Source: the human T2T-CHM13v2.0 reference genome, Homo sapiens. Taken from it: a stretch of DNA of 64,000 nt. Below the pieces are notes generated by a model that ran no database searches, was not told the DNA's origin, and was given only the letters and a program-made list of their open reading frames with translations. Shown here piece by piece: positions 54,084-64,000 of this stretch. The translations under genes were made by a program, and so were the position numbers. The DNA lies in NCBI RefSeq assembly GCF_009914755.1, contig NC_060931.1; one strand, written 5' to 3'. Positions within the stretch are counted from its first letter, which is position 1, and the number at the start of each line of letters is the position of its first letter.

Positions 54084-56379
54084 AAAAGCTAATGCCCAGG
54101 AATAGAAGAATGTGTCAATGTGTGAGTATAAAGTGTATATAATATCCCATTTTGGTAAAACCAGTAATGTATATATATTTAATTGCATATAATAACATTA
54201 TCACAAAGAAAAATAAGAAAGAACAATAGATTATTAAAATGGGATAACTAGTTGGAAAAAAATGAGATTATATTCTTAGGGGGAAAGGCAAAAGAGGAAC
54301 TATAAAAAAATTTTAAGAGACTGCACTAAAATCTACACCAGTATGTGTAATGGACTACTTATGCATTTTTCTAAAAACAAATTTTATACACACACATATA
54401 CATGTACATGCACATACACACACAATTTTTCAAAATTAAAAACACAAGACAAGTTTTCTGTTTTTAAGTACCTTGGAGTTTACTATTCAGGTTATAATAT
54501 AAAGTAGAAATTGAACATACTGAATAAACCTGCTTAGTTTCACCTTACAAATCACCTTCTTATTTAATCATCAAAAATTCTCATTAATAATAATTTTTGG
54601 GAACATATTTTCTGAGTAGGCTATTGGTCACATTTTCTTCCTTGCAGGAGTTTTCATATAGAGAATGCATACAAGCCATGAACCGTAAGATGCCATACTG
54701 TTACTTAGAGCTAGGACTAAAAGCCATCCAATGATGAGCTTTTTGGTTAAAGAAAATGTAGCTTAGACTAGAGGTTAAAGTGAGGTATTCTTCCTCCTAT
54801 ACTGAAAATCTAAATCTCAGAATGAAAATGCTGAGGGGTGCTTGTTGGAGGAGTGGATTATGATCATGTAGGTAGAGTAGACTGTGAGATCCAGTTGCCC
54901 AACCAGCTTTTATGGAGTAAGTCTACAGGCCAGTCTCACATCTACTCTCTGAGAGTGGATGTGGGGTGAATGGCATCCTCCTCCCAGCCTTTGGGTAAAG
55001 CATAGTCCACATTTGCTAACTGCTTGAAAGAAGCATTTGAGGAAGAGGTCACACCTCACCTAAGGGTAAGAAGAGAAAGAGGAAGTGCTTGCACTAATTC
55101 TTGCTTTTGAGCTGCTGCAAGCCTCCAACAGTGAAACGTAGTCCATGAACATCAAGTTCAGGATAATCAAATTAGTCATTCTTTTCTTCTGGAGGAGCAA
55201 AAAGGGCATCAGAGAGATGAGCCAGAGACATTCCATCTCAAACTCCTCAAAGAGAGAATCAAGGGAAGATGCCTCTCCCTCTGCAGGCTGCTTGCAACTT
55301 GAAAAATTGTCCCTGACACTGTCAATGATAATTCATAAGAATGATAAGATCTCATTTCATAAGCATGATAACCATTAGGTGGTAGTCTTCAAGCAGTTTT
55401 TGAAATGTCCACATATAAAAAGAAAAAACATTTTCTACCTTGTTTTTGGTCATCTATTTACCTTAAATGTTTGATTTCAATTATGCCAAGAAATGTGCAA
55501 GAAATGAGAACTCTTCAGGAATACTGCCAACAGTGTTAACTTGAAAGTTACATTTGATTATTTTGTAGACATAAGATTCTCCTTACATTGATGCAGGAGT
55601 TACAGACAAAAGAATTATTATTATTATTGCTTAAATTGTGTAATTAGAAAAGATGGTTGTATTGTGCTAATAGTTTGCATTAACAACTTGGAACCAGTTT
55701 TAAAATGACTGGGATTGTTGTTTGCTTGGAAATAGCATTCCAACAGCTTGAGGGATTGAGTCTTGAAATTCTCAAAGGTTACAAAAGCGTGCAGTAACAC
55801 ACTTTTGTACACACTTTTGAGGGTACAGATTGGTAAATATGTGCATTTATATCTGAACACTTTCAAGTTTGCTTTAATACTATTTTTTTCTCTTAGTGTT
55901 AATGCAAATTTGCATCTAAATATTTACCTAGTACTTACTATGCTTCTAGAACAATTCTCAGCTCTGGAGATTGACAAATTCATGTCTCTACAGTTGATAC
56001 TTCTAAGGAATAAGTGCATGGCTTCATATAATTCACTTGTCCTGATTGTGGAAGAAAAAAGTAAGGCTTGTGTCTCAACATGTGTCCGGTACTTTTATGG
56101 CATCCAAGCCACAGATCTGGGAGTTTCCATGTGTTTCTCCTGACGCTTTACCCTCCCTAGCTTGACCTACACTGCAGTAGGCCACATACTGGTTTTCTCT
56201 CCCCAGCTTTGTCTTCCTTGCTATCTCCACTGCCCCTTCATTTGACATGTCATTTCCCACACTGTAATTCCTCCATGAGTTAATATCCAGCTACACTCCA
56301 AGAGACATTCATAACTCCAGAATCCGAGTTATAAATACTGTCTCTCAATAAAAATCAGGGTCTTATGTTCCCCTAGTTC

Positions 56380-56960
56380 CTAAATCCTATCCAGTCTAAT
56401 TGGTTGTGTCTTCTTACACCTCTTCCTCTTTCCCCGCTCCTACTTTAGTTGGCTTGTTTCAGGCTCTCAACATTTTCTACTTGGATTATGATTAACAATC
56501 TCTTGCTTCCCGCCTTGCTCATTCCTTGCCATTTAACCAATAGCTGGTAGCGTGGCCTTATGAAACACAAATTTGATCAAGTTGCTGCCTTAAAGGAAAG
56601 GCAACAGCAACCATCAGCACCCGTTGGTGGTTTTCAGCAGCTTTCAGGATGAGGTCCACATTTCTTTGCATGGCACCCTTAGCACTTGATCTGCCTTTAG
56701 CACTTGATCTGGCCCTTGCCTAACTCTCTGGTCTCATCTTTTGCTGCTCTGCTTCTCCATCAGCCACAGTCAATTTCACTGAATTACCTGTGAGTTTCAC
56801 AAGACCTTTTCCCTGCTTTCTTGGACTCCTGCAGTTTTGCTCTCCGGTTAGAATTCCCATCCTCTTTTTCTCCTCACAATTATTTTGCTGGTTAACTCCT
56901 AGTTGTTTAAAAAACATGTCTCGTTTTTCCCCAGAAACCTTTTCCAGCATTAATTACCTT
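56380..56960 (+). mobile_element. L2 LINE relic containing an 18-bp tandem duplication (TTAGCACTTGATCTG x2, about 56679-56711)
   Basis: CAGGCTCTCAACATTTTCTACTTGGATTA..., CTTTCAGGATGAGGTCCACA... Confidence 0.55.
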
Positions 56961-58359
56961 TTTTTATGAGAAGACCACAGCTTAGTTATCATGTGTACGT
57001 CTTCAAGGTGCAGCAAGTCGCCCAGCACAGGCAGACCCGCCTAAAGCTAATAATCTTCCTGACCTGAGACTCTCCAACGGATTCTTCATAGGATTCTGCT
57101 GAAGAGCTGGTTTTGTTTTCTTCATGTTATTATTTTTTTGAGGCTAAAAAAAAAGTAGTTGAAGACTGAAGAGTGAAATCAAATTGTTCCCTAAATATTG
57201 GAAGATGTTATCAATTAATTTATTTGGAGGTATAGATTATTTAATTCCACTATAGTACTTTGATTGCAAAGTAACCAGAGATGTTTTCACGTAGGTGATG
57301 CTGAATTTCTAAAAAAACAGCATCTGTATTATTTTTATGGACTTTTATCATAATCACCAGTGCCATCATTATGATAATTTTTTTCATCTATAGGTAGAGT
57401 TAGTCTGAGAATAGGCTTATTTCTGTTGTAAATGATAGCTTCACTTTTGCTAAAAATACTTTTTGATTCACTTATTTTTAAGACTTTGCTACATGGTCTG
57501 TCAGGCCCTGGGTTTCTGGATGCATTGTATAATTAGTGTAAACTTGGAGAAACTTGTTTTGTTTTTAATGATCCAAATTTAGTTGCTTTTAGTCACAGAA
57601 TTTCTGTAAATACAAACTTATGTCAGAAGAGGCTTTTATTTACTTTGTGATTCAACTCAGCATGTTTATTTAATATGCAATGATTCAGCTTACTGGCTCC
57701 TTTAGAAACTTGGAGTGTGTGTTCTCATGATGGCTGAATAAGTTGATGGCTTTGATCTGAACTGTAAAGGCTCAGAGGGCATTTTTTCCTTGCAAATTTG
57801 CCTTTGGAATTTCTCTTTCTTTTCTGTTAGGAAAGTACTATTGTTTGACCGTAGGGCCAATCTCATGTAGTTTAGATTCCCCATACTTGCAGAATTAGAG
57901 TTTTTTTCTTCATTATGGGATGCTTTTTGGTGCTTTCAAATGGAAAAAGCAGAGTCGTTCCAGGCACTGACAGAAATCTGTGCTGTTGATTTTTGTTTCC
58001 TTCCTGGACTTCCCAAAGGAAATACAAAAGAAGATATTGATATTAATCTGTTAGATCACAAAAAACCAATGTACAACTAAATGAACCTAGATTAATTTTT
58101 TCAAAGCCCAAACAAAAGAAAGATTAACAGTACATAGTTCTTTTTTAGACAAGACTGACTTGCACAGCCTGTCCCCTGAGTCACTAGGCTTCCCACCTCA
58201 ATTAGTCTGCATTTGCTCATTTTCCCACTCTAACATTTCTTAGTAGTAACCAGCTTCTATCTTCTCTTTGCTTTACATGGTCACTCTTCCTTTTGTGATC
58301 ATCCCCCAAATATCTCTTATCTCAGTTGGCACTCACTGCTGTCATTTATCCTCTCTAAT

Positions 58360-58730
58360 CACCTGAACTCCTAGGTGTTGGGTGAACCTGTCCCTTAGGC
58401 TACCGTAGCTTGCAGAGACTTGGCTTTCAGCCTTAAGGTTCAACATGCTGCTGGAGTTCCTTCCATTGCCTCCATCTTCCAGGCAGCTGGAAGTGGAAGG
58501 AACAAGACATCTCACCACCAAGCCAGCTTTCTGTAAGTACCCTGCTTACCCTCTCTTACCAGAACTTCCTCAATGGCCACAGCTTTCTAATGATCATTTG
58601 TAAGGACAGCTATAAGAGAGGCTGTAAAATGCAACCTTCGTCCAGGGGCATTGCAACCTCAGTGAAAATGGATTTCTATTACTTAGAAGATGAGAATAGC
58701 TATTGGGTAGCAATGAGCCATCTCTGCTAA
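58360..58730 (-). mobile_element. Old MLT1 (J/K/L-like) LTR relic
   Basis: CAACATGCTGCTGGAGTTCC...TTCCAGGCAGCTGGAAG...GAATAGCTATTGGGTAGCAA. Diverged. Confidence 0.45.
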
Positions 58731-59149
58731 AACTCAGAGAAAACAAGCTAACTAGGAGTTCAAGAGTTCTTTTTTATGTCCTTCAAAAACACATTCGTCT
58801 TGAGAAATAAGTCTAGGTTTTTAACCACCTTTTTGTTTCAAGCATGAGTAATAAGTCCATTTTATTGACTATAAAAGTATATTGACATTCTTTCTATTTT
58901 GAAAGTTAGGCATCTTAGTGTGCTTTGTTTTTTGTAATGGTTTCTGTGTATCTTTACTGGAGTCTTTAGCTTCCCCCTCTCTTTACTCCTCTTTTGAGAT
59001 TCAGACTTACTCAACCAGAACAGCATTTTTGCTGGTTCTCCAACCATGTTGAGTTACATTCACTTCCAGATTCTTAAGTCATAGAATTATGAATCTTTTT
59101 ATTTTTGACAAATGTCTTCTGTGAGTATTCACGAGGGTGTATCTGACCA

Positions 59150-59620
59150 GTAAGCAATTTTCTTTTCCTGCCAGTTTCTCGCCCCATTTTCCTTCAGTGT
59201 GATTTGCTGGCAGCTTCCATCCCTTCCTCCTAGGGCTGAGCACAGGACCCTGGTCTGGTTAGTATGTTCTCCTTTCCTGTTCAATGGTTGCTTCAGGGAC
59301 AAACAAATGACTCAACCAACGTCTTTTACTGAAACCCCTGCAAGGGGGACTGTCTCTTTTTCTGAGATTGTTGAGGGGCCATCTCTAACTCCTCAAAGAG
59401 AAAGAAAAAGAGCTTATGTTAGAATGAGACCAACACAGAGGAAAAGAAAGCTGATAGATGGATTAAGCAACTTTTCTGGGGACATCTTTGTAGAACTTGA
59501 ATCTAACCTGCCTAATGCTGTATCACTCCTTGATTTTTGTGTTACACATGCCGATAAAGATACCTTTCTCCCTTTAAGCCAGTTTCAGTAAATTTATGCA
59601 ACTTGCACCTAAATGAGTCT
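59150..59620 (+). mobile_element. Old MLT1 (J/K/L-like) LTR relic
   Basis: AATGAGACCAACACAGAGGAAAAGAAAGCTGA...TTTAAGCCAGTTTCAGT...ACTTGCACCTAAA. Confidence 0.55.
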
Positions 59621-60800
59621 CCATCAATTCAATTTGGTAACTTCTTCTGGGCTCCTATTCATTCTACTAGCTAACTCCTTTTTCTTATTGAAGTGTACCA
59701 GCTTTATGAGATACACATGACCCTACATGTGCTAGATAAATTACATAAAGTGGTATGAAATAATTCTATCCCAAAACCTGCTGATGTCTGTTTAATGGTG
59801 CTACTGAGAAATAATCAGGTTCTATATTGACATGAAATAAAGGAATTCAGTTCAACTTGAATGCAATTGCATCAGTTTGTCTGCTGTCACTCCTTAGCAC
59901 ACAAAGAATGCAGAGGCAACTGACCAGACACGTAACTGCGTACCAGAGAGAGGGAAAAGCAGAATGAGGCACAAACAAATGCATTTCAGAGAATGCAGGT
60001 ATGTTCCCAGTTGTTCTTTGAACATTATTAATGCTATCAAAACACGTTTTCAAAATGTTTTGAAGAAAATTAAAATCTCTTCCGAAATCAGGGAATCATG
60101 TCTGTGTTCCATGAAACTTGACCTTTGAGCAATTATGGAAAACAACAAGGAGTTTGTCAATATTAATAAGGATCTTGATATAGTTAATCTACAGTTAATT
60201 ATTCAATCTAAAATAACAACGAACATGGAGAAAGGGAAGCAAAACTAACATTTGTTGAGGTCAGTTATGTACTAGGTATGGTCTAGCTTTCTTTCATGCA
60301 GAATTTGATATTAAAGAAAGCAGAGGCATTTTCAAAGCCATAACTGTCTAAGGAACATGAATATGTAAGGAAAATGGTAATATAGTGCCTGATACATAGG
60401 AAATATTTGATAAATTATAGCAAATATGGTTATTGTTGATGATGATGATGACATGCAAATACCTGGATAAGATAAACCCTCCTGGAGCACTGAGGTTGGG
60501 GTTCTTAGTAACCTGAACAAAGAGGCCAGGTACACAGTGGCTCTTGTATTCTAATTGAGGGGAATAAAATATCTGCACCATTGTCTTCTAAAGGCAAATA
60601 TTAAAATGAATATTCTGAAGTTTATAGTACAGTGAATCAGAATCCTTAACCATAGAGCAAAAGTCATTCGTATTTTTCACAAGCTCCCTAGGAGGTTCTT
60701 GATGTCCATTAAAATGTGAAAATCTTGGTCTGGGGGAAGGGGATTGACACGATGGGAAGGAGAGGATGTCACTGTATTTCACTGACAGTTAACTTCCCTC

Positions 60801-61580
60801 TTTTTTTTTTTTGAATATAATTTTTGTTTTTATTTCAGATTCAAGGGGGTACATGTGCAGGTTTTTACCTGGGTATATTGTGTGATGCTGAGGTTGGGGC
60901 TTCTAATAATCTCGTTGCCCAAGTAGTGAATATAGTACCCAATAGGTAGCTTTTCAACCCTTGTTCCTGTCACTACCTCCCCACTTTTAAAATCTCCATT
61001 GTCTGTAGTTCCCATCTTTGTGTCCGTGAGTACCCAATATTTAGCTCCTACTTATAAATGTGAATATGCAGTATTTGGTTTCTGTTTCTGCATTAGTTTA
61101 CTTAGGATAATAGTCTCCAGCTACATCAATGTTGCTGTGAAGGACATGATTTCATTCCTTTTTATGGCTTTGTAGTATTCCATGGTATATATGCACCACA
61201 TTTTCTTTATCCAAGTGACCACTGCTGAGCACCTGGGTTGATTCCATATCTTTGCTATTGTGATAATGCTGCAATAAACATATGAGTGTAGGTGTCTTTT
61301 TGGTAGAATGATTTATATTCCTTTGGGTATATACCCAGTGATGGGATTGCTGGGTTACATGGCAATTCTGTTTTTAGTTCGCTGAGAAATCTCCAAAATG
61401 CTTTCCACAGTTGCTGAGCTGATTTGCATTCTCAACAGTTGTGTTGTGTTTCCTTTTCTCCCCAACCTTGCCAATGTGTTATTTTCTGACTTTTTAATAA
61501 TAGCCATTTGGACTGGTGTGAGATGGTAATCTCATTGTGGTTTTGATTTGCATCTTCTGATGATTGGTAATTTTTGAGCA
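60801..61580 (-). mobile_element. L1 3' end (L1PB/old L1PA class), 5'-truncated
   Basis: T tract, GGGGTACATGTGCAGGTTT, GTAGTATTCCATGGTATATATGCACCACATTTTCTTTATCC, GACTGGTGTGAGATGGT. Confidence 0.92.
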
Positions 61581-64000
61581 CCTTAACTTTGAAAATCTTC
61601 TAAATTAATTTGACATCACCAGAAAATAATTTCAGAACAGTTTCAATCCAATATTATTGTTTAATCTTTCAAGTCTGACAAACATTTCTTTCCAATGAAA
61701 GCACAATCTCAATTTACTAAGCAACCATAACTATGAGGCAAACACACTATATTTTTAATGTGCGCCGTATCCTGGGGGTTAAAGATTATATGTCTCAATT
61801 TAACATATTTATTTACTTTCTTTTCCTTTCCTTTTTTCTTCCCTTTCTGCCTCTCTCCTTTTTCCATTCCCTCGCAGTCACTCTTTTTTTTTTTTTTTTT
61901 TTTTTAACCTTCCTTTCTGTTTTCCTCATGGTGCAGTGTTTCAGTGTGACCAGCAGAGGACACTATGCTGCAGCAAGTCTGGGCATCAACTATCTAAAAG
62001 ATAAATTGCTGATTGAATTCAAAGAAGATAGATTAAAACAAGCTTGTAAATGTTGTTAAATACATGAATGCCTACTGCATTTTAATTATGGTGATTTACA
62101 TGGACCTACCATGATCACGTACTTCATAAAACAAACTTTGCCTTAATAGCTGCACTTAACGATGTACTCTTTCCTTTATGAGAATTTAATTCTCTGAATA
62201 TGATATGTTTTTAAAATAAGACAAACTCAAACCAGTTGCCAATAGATCCTCAGCTCCTCCTGAGGTCCTTGTTTTATGGGTCTGTTCTACTGTGTAATTG
62301 TTTAGTTTAACTTGGTAAACATGTCAGTTTTCCCAGGATAATTAGGTGGATAAACAAAATGTTCAAAAAGAAATGGAGCCAATTAGACTTTTTATCAAAG
62401 ACATACACACAAAAAAGGCTTTACAAATGAGTGGACTTTTCCTTAGAGGTTTGATCTTAAATTAGAGTTCCTGGAATTTACAAGGGACCAAGGAGGCAGT
62501 TTTCCTAAATATAACGAAATCTTAATTATCTGGGGAGGAGAGCAAATGAAAGACACAAACTCTCACATGCTTTGAAATCATACTTGGGTGGGAAATGCAG
62601 AGAGGCATGAGTTCAGTAAGAGCATAATTTTATCCCCACCTGCTCACAGCCACTTTTAAACAGGTTGGGCAACTGGAAGAGAATGCCCTGTGGCTTTGGG
62701 TAATTTTCTTAGAGCTAGCTCAAAGTAGACAGGTACCCAACATATTTTTAATACTATTAAATAGGTGGCAGTACCTGTTGTGGACAGTTGTGTGTTGTAT
62801 AGATGGAGACTTCAACAATTGTTTGTTCTAAAATCAACAGTCCATTAATATATTGGGTGCTCTTTCTGTAGAGCTTAACGGTGTTTTAAGAACCATATCA
62901 CTTTATTCTATTTCTTATTTTTGGTCATTGAAAATAGACTCTTATTTGGAGTGTAACATATGATCTGACTTCTCTATCCAGATTTTGTCTCATGTTTTCT
63001 GCTACTTCTCTATAAAGATAGTTTGGTCCTCAGGTGTTGGTTTATGTTGCTGTGATTCAAGACTTGGTTCTATTAGTACAGAATCCAGACATACGTTTGT
63101 TTCTCTTTGAAAAATTTCATAATGTAACCCAGTGAATAAAATATTTACCAATATTTTTTCTTTATCACTTCTTACCACAATTTTTCCTAATTATTATTCT
63201 TTTTTAATTCTGGAAAGCCACTCAAATAAAATATCTTCAGAATTAACAAAATAAGTTTCTAAATTTAAGGATTCCCACAACTACCTCCTGATTATATAGT
63301 AATATTATATAGATACTGCCACTTCTTCACACTTTAAGCTTGTGTACATTCTCTAAATTTCTGTATTTTTATGAGCTTCATTTGGGGTGGTAATAAAATA
63401 TGATCCAGAAAAAAAGCCCTTTTATTCTGTAATTATAGTCTCTGTTTTTCTACATAGTTCTCTCAGGATTTCTTCACCTTGCTTCCAGGCTTGTCTGAAT
63501 TTCTAACTGCTTTTTCTATTGGTTGTCTCAAAGTCTCAGTATAGTACTAAAGTGCTTTCTATTTGTTGCTATATCCATTACCACTGACAACCTCAGAAAT
63601 CTTTGTCTCTTGGGTGCCATAGCAATAGGCTTGACACAGCTACCCAGTGTCTTGTGAGATTAATTCATCATGCATTTAGGACAGTAAACTGTTGTTTGAC
63701 ATGTAGGAATTAATAAGTGGGTAGTGTACAAAGCCTTTTGTTTTTATTTGTGGAGGGGACTTTAAAAGGGAAAAGCTAGGATCATAGTCTAGGCCATGTA
63801 TAGAAAAGATTGCTTGACAGTAGTTACGGGGTAATGCCTGAGAGTCCTCATGTTTGAGACTGGTGTGTGCTAAGTGTAATGATGTAATCTGAAGAGAGGG
63901 TGGCCGCTTCTCTCAAAATGGTTTTATGCTAGTTTTACCTTTCTAGAGACCCACATCTACACTCAATATTGCAGCCCTTGAACCAGCAATCTAGGGACAC

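Overview
This window is AT-rich, repeat-dense, non-coding primate DNA, most likely human. I see no protein-coding gene, RNA gene or CRISPR array. Every ORF I can recognise derives from a transposable element: Alu, the Tigger1 and Hsmar1 transposases, L1 ORF1/ORF2, LTR12 or THE1-int. The repeats are 13 Alu loci, a Tigger1 split by a MER4-group LTR, an LTR12 nested in an LTR9-like LTR, a MER4-group LTR nested in a MER67-like LTR, a complete THE1C, a solo THE1B, a second LTR12, a near full-length Hsmar1 inside a 5'-truncated L1, a full-length MER6, older MLT1/L2/MIR/L1M relics, microsatellites and two local tandem duplications. I find no evidence for a new gene system. The most interesting signals are (i) repeated fold-back or palindromic scars at rearrangement junctions, including a micro-inversion that destroyed the left Hsmar1 TIR, and (ii) regulatory potential in TEs: NF-Y-box LTR12 promoters (one lacking its poly(A) signal), DUX4 motifs in THE1 LTRs, a SETMAR-type site and an inverted Alu pair. 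Family and subfamily names come from my recall of consensus sequences, not from a database search.
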